Assembly (NCBI GenBank): GCA_964416445.1
Contig: CAYQEE010000003.1
Span: 1,946 to 65,945, forward strand
DNA length: 64,000 nucleotides
Direction of reading: 5' to 3'
From: an uncultured Gammaproteobacteria bacterium
GTDB lineage: Bacteria > Patescibacteriota > Microgenomatia > Levybacterales > UBA12049
This document shows positions 19,382 through 28,599 of the stretch, piece after piece. The position numbers and the translations under genes were made by a program. Below the pieces are notes generated by a model. That model was not told the DNA's origin and did no database searches. It saw nothing but the letters and a program-made list of their open reading frames with translations. Position 1 is the first letter of the stretch; every line of letters starts with the position of its first letter.

Positions 19382-20683
19382 TTATTTTCGAAAAATTAAT
19401 TTGTATCCCCCATCAGGTTCTACCTGCCATATGCGTTGGTTTCTTGGCAAGCGAGTTATAATATGTTGTTTATCAAATAACACTGAACCAATATAGAATG
19501 GAATAGTTCCATTAGGCGAATACGCATAAACAGGAATATTACTTCCACTCTCTTCAACATAAAGTTTTGTTTCTAAATAATTCAATACATCTTTTGGTAT
19601 TATGACATCTGTGGGTTTCGCCTGTGCGAGAATTTGTTTAACCCCCCAATTAATAGAAGGTTTAGATGAGCTATTTAGAATTTGTTCACCTGATAAGATT
19701 AAGATTGTCATATAACCGGAAAGAAAAATTATTAGAATCATTTGCTTATGCATATTTTCCTCATAGACTTTATAGACAGAATATCCAATGAGTATGATAA
19801 GCAAGGGAGCAGTAGCTATTAAATAACGTTCATGATAAATAGGAGCAAACAGTACAGAAATAATATAGGTAATAACAATTGGAATAACTGAGGCAGAAAA
19901 TAATAATGATGGAACTTCTATGTTTTTATTATCTTTTTTCCATACCCAATAGGAGAAAGCGAAAATTCCAAGAATGACACTTAATAATAGCAACATATGT
20001 TCCGATGGGTAATATATATCTCCTTGAGCATATTTTTGAAATGTATCAAGAAATATCTGGCTTGTTACTGGTGGAATCCAAAAACCTTTTCCTACTCTTA
20101 CCCATTGATTCCAAATGACTACTCCCCAACCAACCAGTGTGAGTAATGGAAATAAGAATAATGATAGTCCTTCGTAAAAATGAGACTTTATATATATGCG
20201 ATTTTTTACTATCCACCAAATTCCAATTGCAACGCAGCTAAAAATGGCAAAATTATGAGTTAAGATACCTAAGGATAGTACTATTCCTGCGAGCCAGTAT
20301 TTTCTCAATGTTATACAATAAACTGCTAGCGCAATGAGTAATGCTAATAATGTATACATTCTTGCTTCAAAAGCATATTGTAAAAGAAACGGATTCAATA
20401 ACGTAACTATCGCAATAAGTATTTGTACTTTGGAGGATTGAATTAATTTTCGAGATATTAAATAAACTGTTATTACTAAACCGAAATGGAAAAGTAGTGA
20501 TAATCCTCTCACTGCAGCTTCACTTTGTCCATAGAATATCATCCAGTAATGAAGAATAAGTGAATATAATGGTGGGCTTTGATCCCTAATTGTTAATTGA
20601 ATAATTTGCCAAGGAGACCTCTCAGATAATAGTATGGAAAATGCCTCGTCTCTCCAAAAACTTTGATTTAGTATTGGTAACAT
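19382..20683 (-). CDS. GT-C fold glycosyltransferase (GT39/PMT-like)
   Basis: QSFWRDEAFS, PPLYSLILHYW and EARMY motifs; many TM; start placed at ATG 20683. Confidence 0.85.
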   Translation of the reverse strand: MLPILNQSFWRDEAFSILLSERSPWQIIQLTIRDQSPPLYSLILHYWMIFYGQSEAAVRGLSLLFHFGLVITVYLISRKLIQSSKVQILIAIVTLLNPFLLQYAFEARMYTLLALLIALAVYCITLRKYWLAGIVLSLGILTHNFAIFSCVAIGIWWIVKNRIYIKSHFYEGLSLFLFPLLTLVGWGVVIWNQWVRVGKGFWIPPVTSQIFLDTFQKYAQGDIYYPSEHMLLLLSVILGIFAFSYWVWKKDNKNIEVPSLLFSASVIPIVITYIISVLFAPIYHERYLIATAPLLIILIGYSVYKVYEENMHKQMILIIFLSGYMTILILSGEQILNSSSKPSINWGVKQILAQAKPTDVIIPKDVLNYLETKLYVEESGSNIPVYAYSPNGTIPFYIGSVLFDKQHIITRLPRNQRIWQVEPDGGYKLIFRK

Positions 20684-20836
20684 AGCTATACATATTCTAG
20701 CACAGAATACATAAGCTAGTTGTATTCTCAATGTTTTTTGTATAATTATGAGCACCATGGAATTAGTCGGCTCAACATTTGCTTTCAACAAGGCTAGAGA
20801 AATAAATATAGGATAGAAAATTGAAAATAAATTGCG

Positions 20837-22306
20837 TTATTTTGCGTATTCAAAAATGGTGATCGCTTCAAGTCTGTAGATATATTTCACTGAATAATTC
20901 TTTTTTAAACTTTTTATAATGATCGTATTATCAGTATCTACTCGATTATCAGTAACAGTTTCTAATATATACCAAATTTTTGTATATTGCTTTGGCAATA
21001 AAGCTAATTTTTGCCGGTCGATTGTGAAATTAAAGCTGCCAGTTGTGACATAATCTGGTTGTAAAGTAATTTCGTTGGTAAGAGCAGGATATTTTTGTTG
21101 AGTGATATAGAAATTCACTTTGTCTTGGGTTGAGGAAGGGAGAAAGATAATTCCATCTGTTCCACTCACATGGGTGCGAAGAAATGCCGCAGTACCCTTA
21201 AAATCTTCATTATAATTTCTGATGACTAATCCGCTGTGTTTACTTCCAAAATACCAACCACTAAGCCGAATGAGTGATAAAAGGAGAATAAGGAAGATAA
21301 AGCCTGCTTGAATCCATTTATATGTAATCTTTGTAATACATAACGCAATAAAAATAGTAAAGGGTACTAAACAGACAAAAAAGTACGCAGAAATATATAA
21401 TGGTTTTGCAATAAGTGAAAAAATAAATGATAAAATTATGGGAAAGAGAATCCAAAGAAAGAGAAATCCATAATTCCAGGTTCTGTCAGTAATTCTCAAG
21501 TGAGACCATTTTTTGAGTACAGTAATTACAAATCCTCCAATAAGTAAAAGTTCTATTCCCCCTATTATTGGATAATCGTTTGCTAGGATTAAATAGGTAC
21601 CAATCAGATTCTTAATATCTGGTCTCGCTATCCAATTGACTTGTCCGCTATGCATTGATGGTGCAATGAACAATGGAAGGATGAGAACAACAAGGAGTAT
21701 TCCATTAAGGACTACATCTTTCCACTTACTCTTCCAGTTCGTGAAGACGAGTGAAAGAATTTGTGAGGCAATGATAAACAGCGCATATAAATGACAATAC
21801 ACTGCAAGTGCATTCACTATGGTTGCAAAAAACAAATATTTCCTTGACTGCTTTTGGACATACTGAATAAAAAACAATGATGAAAGCGTGGTAAAAAACA
21901 AAACCATAGTGTAAGCTCTGGCGTTTTGAGCATTGGAAATGAAAAATACATGAAACGAAAGTAACAAGATTGAGGTCACAGCAACATATTTATTAAATAG
22001 CTTTTTCGCGGTAAAATAAGCAACAGGAATCGTAGTTGAAGCAAATACTACGGATAAAAGCCTGACATAGAATTCTGAATTGCCAAAAAATTTCCAGAAG
22101 TATAATACGAAATAGTACAGCCACATATTCCCTTCCGTATAGGTAATAAAATGCAGCATTGTTGGCCAACTGCTGGTTATAAACATTGTATCCAGTTCAT
22201 CCATAGAAAATCCTTTAAGCCCTATGAAAAGTATCCCGAAAACCGTTGCGATGATTGTACAAAAGAGGACAATGAGGAGATCAAAATGTTTGTGCAAAAT
22301 ACGCAT
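20837..22306 (-). CDS. GT-C fold glycosyltransferase (GT39/PMT-like)
   Basis: FSMDEL, LYYFVLYFW, SEFYVRLLS and NARAY motifs; many TM. Confidence 0.85.
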   Translation of the reverse strand: MRILHKHFDLLIVLFCTIIATVFGILFIGLKGFSMDELDTMFITSSWPTMLHFITYTEGNMWLYYFVLYFWKFFGNSEFYVRLLSVVFASTTIPVAYFTAKKLFNKYVAVTSILLLSFHVFFISNAQNARAYTMVLFFTTLSSLFFIQYVQKQSRKYLFFATIVNALAVYCHLYALFIIASQILSLVFTNWKSKWKDVVLNGILLVVLILPLFIAPSMHSGQVNWIARPDIKNLIGTYLILANDYPIIGGIELLLIGGFVITVLKKWSHLRITDRTWNYGFLFLWILFPIILSFIFSLIAKPLYISAYFFVCLVPFTIFIALCITKITYKWIQAGFIFLILLLSLIRLSGWYFGSKHSGLVIRNYNEDFKGTAAFLRTHVSGTDGIIFLPSSTQDKVNFYITQQKYPALTNEITLQPDYVTTGSFNFTIDRQKLALLPKQYTKIWYILETVTDNRVDTDNTIIIKSLKKNYSVKYIYRLEAITIFEYAK

Positions 22307-22743
22307 AAAACGAAGTAAGTATATACTAATATAGGCTTATAGTCAAGTATTATTATCTTATGTTTAGTATTATCTACTTACATTTAGATACGCAGAATGA
22401 GACTATTTCTGTTATATTTTCTTTTTGAATAAAATAACTCCTTTAAATCATCTAGCATCGAATGCAGGAAATGGTACTACTCCGAATAGAGGTATCTTAA
22501 CTACTTCCCTAGATTTGCGGTTTACTTTGCGTTTGGGGTTGACTACAATTGTACAAGAGAACTTCTATCTCTCAGTAGATTAGATTAATATAGCAATATA
22601 ATCACTAAATATGGTGTATTCTAGATAAGAAACTTCATTATATCCGAAAGCTATTGTTAATTTGCTTTAGACTGTAAAGATGGAATAATATGGACAAATA
22701 TAGTCATATCTTTTATAATCCTAAGTATAAAGTTGAGTTTACC

Positions 22744-22817
22744 GCGGGATTAGTTGAGCGGTTCAACATTTGCTTTCCAAGCAAAAAAGACGGGTTCGAC
22801 TCCCGTATCCCGCTCCA
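22744..22817 (+). tRNA. tRNA-Gly(TCC)
   Basis: Acceptor GCGGGAT/ATCCCGC, anticodon arm TTTGC-TTTCCAA-GCAAA, TTCGACT loop, encoded CCA. Confidence 0.93.
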
Positions 22818-22929
22818 ATTATTTAAAGTAACCTCAGTATTTCACTAGTTTAAAAAATTTTTGCTATATATTCGGCATAGTTTTCTGAGTATCTTGCACC
22901 TAAGCTAAACCTATAGTATAATAGGTGTT

Positions 22930-23505
22930 ATGGGTGAAAAAGTTTTATTTCCAGTTTATCCTACTCCAAAATACACAAGCGAACAACGTGATAAATTGGG
23001 ACAGATGTATGGTAATCATCTCATGTTACTCTCAATGCTTGAGAGTCCAAAAAGCCCAGAAGTTGAAGCGGAAATTCTCTTCGGCTATGAGTGTTTTTTA
23101 GATTGGGTTTTTTCAAAAGACGGAAGAAGAATATCATCAAAAAGAATAGATTTGCCTAATTATATTGAACTGAAAAATAACATAGATCCTTTGGAAATTG
23201 ATGCACTGAAAAGTACTGTAATAAATATTTTTCGTGAAGGAATTCCTGTTCCCCTAATTAATAAAGGCCAATACTGGAGCTATCCGAAAATTGAACAAAA
23301 TAGAATTCTTATTCAACCTGAAGAAGCTGCAATTGTAACACACAAATTTGGATTGAGTGACGGTATAAGAAGAACATGGAAAGATGTTGCTATGCTAATG
23401 GGAGTTGATAGTTCATCTGTGACACAACGTGAAAGCAGAATCCGGGGAAAATTTCGGCATCCTAGTCATATGATGTTATTACGACCATTCTATCATTTAA
23501 GATAA
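22930..23505 (+). CDS. Protein with a C-terminal sigma70 region-4-like HTH
   Basis: KFGLSDGIRRTWKDVAMLMGVDSSSVTQRESRIRGKFRHPS aligns by eye with RpoD region 4 (RFGL.DG..RTLEEVG..FGVTRERIRQIE.KALRKLRHPS). Confidence 0.7.
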   Translation: MGEKVLFPVYPTPKYTSEQRDKLGQMYGNHLMLLSMLESPKSPEVEAEILFGYECFLDWVFSKDGRRISSKRIDLPNYIELKNNIDPLEIDALKSTVINIFREGIPVPLINKGQYWSYPKIEQNRILIQPEEAAIVTHKFGLSDGIRRTWKDVAMLMGVDSSSVTQRESRIRGKFRHPSHMMLLRPFYHLR

Positions 23506-23766
23506 TAAATTATTAACATTTCTCTATTAACGCATTAAAATGTAGTATGGATTGGATAAGTAAGTATTTGGAATAAATGCATCCTCAGCGCAAGGATAAA
23601 TTAAAAGCACCTTTTTATATTTTCGAATAGTTACTGACCTAATAGTAAAGTCGTTTGCAAAATAAAAACCAATAACCCATAGAGTAAAAAACACACATGA
23701 GATAATTGTTATGACGAGCGTGTTTAATGAAGAGTCAAACCCTGTTTATCTATGTTGGCTATAAAA

Positions 23767-25275
23767 TTACTTGTTAATAATTTTGCTATAACTTCCTTGA
23801 ATTAGTGATACGAAAAAGTTTCTAATTGCATTGTTAATATTTAATATAAAAGAAAAAACTGTTGTTGGAGTCTTTGTAGTTCCGGTAAGAATTTTAGCAA
23901 AATTGAACTCCATACTTGCTGGATTATATGTTGCTTCTTGGTAAAGCAAATTATTATTTTTTGGAGTTTGTGATGGTACTGTTCCTGAAGGAAATATTGA
24001 GGGTGTTGGCTGTGATTGGTTAAAAGGATTTATATTTTGCAAGAATGAAAATGCATTTTGTATTGGGTTTGTACTTTGCGTTGGTGTTGCTGATGGAAAG
24101 TTATCTTGTGATGCATTAGTGGGACTTGGTGTATTAAAAGAATTTGTTGGAACTGGAGTATTACCAGATCCTGGAGGTTGAGTTGGCTGAGGCGTTGCAG
24201 TTGGCATTTGAGTAGGACTTGGATTATTTGTTATTGATGATGTCGGGGTAATATATCCCCAGCATGCCATATTACAATTTGACGTTGTATAGTATCCTTG
24301 AGGGTCATATTGGCACGCGCCTGTATTACCATTGCAACTATAATGATTTACGATAGGTCCACTTGTTGGCGTTGGTGTAGGGTTTTGGGTGAGACTTCCC
24401 CAACAAGCATTGTTGCAATTTGATGTTGTATAGTAACCTTGAGGCTCTGGGATACATTGTCCCGTATTACCGTCGCATGTATACCTTGCAGAAGTTGGTG
24501 TTGGAACGACAGTTAAGTCATAGGCGATAAAAGAAGAATATTTTACCACACTTCCATTTTGTGTAGAAACACCAATACCTGCATAACCTGACGAAAAATT
24601 ATCATCACTTGTTTGTAACATCCAATTATTCGGTTCGGAATCACTTGTTCTCCATACTTTTGCACTCAGGTTAATTCCAACTACCTGAAACTTAATAGTA
24701 TAATTGTTGTTTGAGTAAGCTTTAAAGGAAGTTTGAGTAAGAACTGTATTATTGTCACTAAGCATGCGACGAATGAGAAAGTTAGAACCATCAAAGTATG
24801 CTTTGTACCAGTTATCATTATCTTTATAACGAAGTAATACGCCAATATCAGTATTTGTGAAAGATCCGACTTGGACGGTAGCAATGACCTGGCTATCGGT
24901 TAAATTTGAAGGACCAAGTACTCCATTTGATATTCCACTTCCATTGGATATCTGTCCAAAGTTGTTTGTAATTTGATAAATGCTATTTACTGAAGCGTCA
25001 GCTCCCCAAGTATTCTGACCATCTGAGGCACGCCCCCAGTGAGTTTGATTCGATCGTTGGAATGTGTCCTTAGCAACAATAGTATTCGTTTGAGAGGCAA
25101 GGACAGTTGAATAATCAGCTGATTTGTATTTTTTACCATTAGAAAAATAGGAGAAAATAAAAATAGATAAATAAACAATAGTTAAAATGCAGCAACCAAT
25201 TAAGATACTTGCTTTAAATGATTTTGCATTTTTTTTCTTAATATGTTTAGATTGTTTTCTTTTTTTAGTCATCAC
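23767..25275 (-). CDS. Membrane-anchored surface protein: beta-sandwich domain, two Cys repeats, P/T linker, conserved C-terminal domain
   Basis: Basic N-terminus plus TM; DTFQRS..WG and GVLLRYKDNDNWY lectin/LamG-like segment; repeats; PTPT linkers. Confidence 0.8.
   Translation of the reverse strand: MMTKKRKQSKHIKKKNAKSFKASILIGCCILTIVYLSIFIFSYFSNGKKYKSADYSTVLASQTNTIVAKDTFQRSNQTHWGRASDGQNTWGADASVNSIYQITNNFGQISNGSGISNGVLGPSNLTDSQVIATVQVGSFTNTDIGVLLRYKDNDNWYKAYFDGSNFLIRRMLSDNNTVLTQTSFKAYSNNNYTIKFQVVGINLSAKVWRTSDSEPNNWMLQTSDDNFSSGYAGIGVSTQNGSVVKYSSFIAYDLTVVPTPTSARYTCDGNTGQCIPEPQGYYTTSNCNNACWGSLTQNPTPTPTSGPIVNHYSCNGNTGACQYDPQGYYTTSNCNMACWGYITPTSSITNNPSPTQMPTATPQPTQPPGSGNTPVPTNSFNTPSPTNASQDNFPSATPTQSTNPIQNAFSFLQNINPFNQSQPTPSIFPSGTVPSQTPKNNNLLYQEATYNPASMEFNFAKILTGTTKTPTTVFSFILNINNAIRNFFVSLIQGSYSKIINK
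24256..24486 (-). repeat. Two ~30-aa four-Cys repeats within CDS
   Basis: RYTCDGNTGQCIPEPQGYYTTSNCNNACWG and HYSCNGNTGACQYDPQGYYTTSNCNMACWG. Confidence 0.9.
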
Positions 25276-25326
25276 TACTATCAGAATATATGAATTGAGA
25301 CTAAACAGTCAATATTAATAACAAAT

Positions 25327-26127
25327 TTGCGTATTGAGAATAAAATACTTGTTATAATGCAACTAAAAGAATTAAGTATGAAATGGATTCCTGCTCGGTC
25401 GTTTATCCATAAAAATATATCTAAAGTTAAAATGTCCCTGTCTTATTCTTTAATTATTTTCTTTATTGGAGGTATAATTATATTTCATACGAAAATAGCA
25501 TTAGCGAATGGAGTTAATGAAAACAAAATACTTGCTATATTTACTATTATCACTACCTCATCAGAAGCAACAGGTAATCCTCAGTTTGAACCTACGCCTA
25601 CTCAAATAGTTCCCACTGCTACTCCATTTGCAATTCAAACATCTCAGCAAATTGCACTAGGAATATCACCCAATAAGCAACCTTCTGATTCAAATAGTAC
25701 AATGTGGTCAGTAATAAAGAAAGATAGTGAAACTTCACTTGAAGTATTACCCGCGGATTCACGCATGTCAACAGTAGATGAATTGAATGAGGCAATGAAT
25801 CAGTATAGGATTGGTCATCAATTGCCAACGCTTTATCCGGATCCAACATTATGTTCTATTGCAAAGACTCGAGCAAATCAGCAATTAGCATTAGGCCATT
25901 TAGACGGACATGCAGGGTTTCCAGCTCTTGCAAATCAACAACAGAAATATAGTACGATGGCCGAAGTTCTATTTGGTGGAGTCGAACCAATCTATGGAGT
26001 ACATATAGTTGAGTGGGGTTGGGATAGATCGCTTACAGGACATAAAGAAACTATTTCTGATCCAAAATGGCATAGCGGTTGCGGAGGAATTGCTGGTTAT
26101 TTTGCAGTATTTGAATTTGGAAATTAG
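25327..26127 (+). CDS. CAP/SCP domain protein, membrane-anchored
   Basis: LNEAMNQYR..HQLPTL...LCSIAKTRA, HAGF, AEVL and W..S.TGH; start codon uncertain. Confidence 0.8.
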   Translation: MRIENKILVIMQLKELSMKWIPARSFIHKNISKVKMSLSYSLIIFFIGGIIIFHTKIALANGVNENKILAIFTIITTSSEATGNPQFEPTPTQIVPTATPFAIQTSQQIALGISPNKQPSDSNSTMWSVIKKDSETSLEVLPADSRMSTVDELNEAMNQYRIGHQLPTLYPDPTLCSIAKTRANQQLALGHLDGHAGFPALANQQQKYSTMAEVLFGGVEPIYGVHIVEWGWDRSLTGHKETISDPKWHSGCGGIAGYFAVFEFGN

Positions 26128-26150
26128 AAAAACGGCAATCGAACAAACGA

Positions 26151-27164
26151 TTAGGCTTTACCTACAACATTTTGTGGACGCCCATCTAAAAATCCTCTTA
26201 TATTAACTACTGTTGTTTGTAATATTTGTTGCATTGATTCATCACTGTTAAATGCATTATGAGGAGTAACGATTACATCTTCTCTATTTAACAAAATATG
26301 ATTCATAAGTTGGCTTTTTAAATCGCAACTCTCTAGAAATTTACTTGCAAGCAATTCTCGTTCTTCTCTCATATTACATTCTTCTTCAAGAACATCAAGT
26401 CCTGCACCACGGAGGATTCCTTTCTCAAGTGCTTCAAGTACTGCCTGTGTCTCAACAATAGGTCCTCGGGCAGTATTAATTAAGATGCTTCCCTTCTTCA
26501 TATTTTGAATATTCTGCCGGTTAATTAAGTGCTTTGTGTCATTCGTGTAAGGTAAATGAATTGATACCACATCTGAAGTTGAAAGCAGTTCATCTATTTG
26601 AACAAATCGAACTCCCAGTTTTTCAAGATCAGGAATTGGATGACGATTAAATGCAATCACTTTCATTCCGAATCCTAATCCTATCTTACAGACAATTTCT
26701 CCTATATTGCCTGTTCCTAGGACTCCTAATGTTTTATTATATAATTCCATACCTTGTAATCCAGTAATCTCGAAGTTTCCTTTTTTTGTTCTTTCTACCG
26801 AAGTAAGTATTTTTCGAGATAATGTTAACAAAAGAGCAAATGCGTGTTCTGCAATTGTATGAACACCATATGCTGGTACGTTACTTATGAAAATATTTTT
26901 TTCTTTACAGTAGTTAATATCAATATGATCATATCCTGTCGAACGAGTAGCAATAAATTGTAAGTTAGGAAATTTTTCTAAGATATCTTTTGTTAGCTGA
27001 GAGTATGCAAAGGTAGAAAGAATAGTAGCGTCATAAACATTTGAATCGTAAGTTGAGAAGGAATCGAGCGTTTGTAAGTTAAATATTATAGTATTATCAG
27101 TAAAATTTTTTTTGAAATAATTCTCTTCCCAATCTTCTATTTCAAAAAATACAATTTTCACCAT
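26151..27164 (-). CDS. D-2-hydroxyacid dehydrogenase (D-lactate dehydrogenase-like)
   Basis: TRSTGYDHID, GVLGTGNIG, INTARG, LDVLEEE and TPHNAF motifs. Confidence 0.92.
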   Translation of the reverse strand: MVKIVFFEIEDWEENYFKKNFTDNTIIFNLQTLDSFSTYDSNVYDATILSTFAYSQLTKDILEKFPNLQFIATRSTGYDHIDINYCKEKNIFISNVPAYGVHTIAEHAFALLLTLSRKILTSVERTKKGNFEITGLQGMELYNKTLGVLGTGNIGEIVCKIGLGFGMKVIAFNRHPIPDLEKLGVRFVQIDELLSTSDVVSIHLPYTNDTKHLINRQNIQNMKKGSILINTARGPIVETQAVLEALEKGILRGAGLDVLEEECNMREERELLASKFLESCDLKSQLMNHILLNREDVIVTPHNAFNSDESMQQILQTTVVNIRGFLDGRPQNVVGKA

Positions 27165-27272
27165 ATTTTATCTTTCTAAGTATATCAGTTATTGATTTTA
27201 AGTGGTAGTTTGGTTTATGGGATATTTTTTAAAGTTATTTTCAGGGTTATTGTATATAATACCGATAAATGT

Positions 27273-28013
27273 ATGAAAGAAACACGTCTTATCATGGGAA
27301 TGCCTATAACTGTTGAACTCGTTGATTCTTTTGCAAAACCAATAAATATCCAAAAAGTCTTTGATTATTTTACGTATATTGATAATAAATTTAGTACCTA
27401 TAAGTCAGCAAGTGAAATCTCGCAAATAAATGCTGGTATCTTGAAAAAAAAAGATTTCAGTGAGGATATGAAAACGGTTTTCTTGCTGAGTGAACAGACG
27501 AAAAAAGAAACTAATGGCTATTTTAATATAGAACATAAAGGGAAATATGATCCTTCTGGACTCGTAAAAGGTTGGGCGATTTATCAAGCGTATAATATGC
27601 TCTGTAAAGATGGGTTGAAAAATTTCTTTATTGAAGCTGGTGGTGATGTACAAGTATCCGGGAAAAATGGTCAAGGAAAACAATGGACTATTGGGATACG
27701 AAATCCTTTTAATAGTGAACAGATAGTTAAAGTAATAGCACTCGATAATAAAGGTGTTGCTACGTCAGGAACCTATATTCGAGGTCAACATATTTATGAT
27801 CCTTATCACAAAGATACGATATTAAAAGAGATAGTGAGTTTAACGGTAGTTGGTCCTAATATATTTGAAGCTGATAGATTTGCTACCGCGGCTTTCGCGA
27901 TGGGCTCAAAAGGAATTCTTTTTATACAAAGTATTCCAGGATTTGATGCCTACATGATCAATAAAGATGGTATCGCTACCTATACAAAAAATTTTACTAA
28001 GTATACTATGTAA
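27273..28013 (+). CDS. apbE: FAD:protein FMN transferase (ApbE family), short form
   Basis: MGMP, DPSGLVKGW, EAGGD, ATSGTY.RG.HIYDP and ADRFATA motifs. Confidence 0.9.
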   Translation: MKETRLIMGMPITVELVDSFAKPINIQKVFDYFTYIDNKFSTYKSASEISQINAGILKKKDFSEDMKTVFLLSEQTKKETNGYFNIEHKGKYDPSGLVKGWAIYQAYNMLCKDGLKNFFIEAGGDVQVSGKNGQGKQWTIGIRNPFNSEQIVKVIALDNKGVATSGTYIRGQHIYDPYHKDTILKEIVSLTVVGPNIFEADRFATAAFAMGSKGILFIQSIPGFDAYMINKDGIATYTKNFTKYTM

Positions 28014-28027
28014 AGTTGCTTGACAAA

Positions 28028-28080
28028 TGCAATTATATCGCATTATACAGTATAATATAACTACTTGCAAGTGTATTGCA
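28028..28080. promoter_or_regulatory. Two Fur/Zur-type boxes upstream of the regulator gene
   Basis: TGCAATTATATCGCA (28028-28042) and TGCAAGTGTATTGCA (28066-28080), next to TTGACA at 28020. Confidence 0.75.
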
Positions 28081-28107
28081 TATGTGGTAATATGATATAC
28101 TAGGTTT

Positions 28108-28551
28108 ATGGTATCTTCAAAACAAAATCATGATTGCAAAGCAGAATTAAACGAAGCAAATCTTCGTGCAACCCCAGCTCGAGTTGCCGTGATGCAGTTT
28201 CTAGAATCAGCCAATACTCCTATTGATGTTGAAACAATTATTGATCATCTTAATAAACAAAAGATAGATACAGATCCTGCAACAGTATTTCGGATAATGA
28301 ACTTACTTACGGTAAAAGGAATTACAAAGCAAATTTCTTTTAATGAAGGGAAATTTCGATACGAACTGATGAATAAAGCAGATCATCATCATCTTATTTG
28401 TGAGAGTTGTGGGAACATTGAAGATATTTCAGATTGTAATATTCCCTCACTTGAAAAAGACATTCATCAGAAGAAGAAATTCTTAGTTAAAAGTCATTCG
28501 TTAGAATTCTTTGGTTTGTGCAAAAATTGTCAAAAACAAGTTACCTCTTGA
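28108..28551 (+). CDS. zur: Fur family regulator, probably Zur
   Basis: RATPAR, ATVFR, HHHLICESCG and C-terminal CKNC; heads the zinc ABC operon. Confidence 0.85.
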   Translation: MVSSKQNHDCKAELNEANLRATPARVAVMQFLESANTPIDVETIIDHLNKQKIDTDPATVFRIMNLLTVKGITKQISFNEGKFRYELMNKADHHHLICESCGNIEDISDCNIPSLEKDIHQKKKFLVKSHSLEFFGLCKNCQKQVTS

Positions 28552-28593
28552 CAAGTGCAAATCGATTGCATATACTAATGCAAGTTAATTGCA
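28548..28593 (+). promoter_or_regulatory. Sigma70 promoter of znuA with two Zur-type boxes
   Basis: TTGACA (28548)-17 bp-TATACT (28571); TGCAAATCGATTGCA (28556-28570) in the spacer and TGCAAGTTAATTGCA (28579-28593). Confidence 0.85.
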
Positions 28594-28599
28594 AATCTG

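Noticed and set aside
22440-22560. Possible HU-like gene fragment on the minus strand (VNPKRK...VVKIP)
   Set aside because: Similarity too short and weak to support
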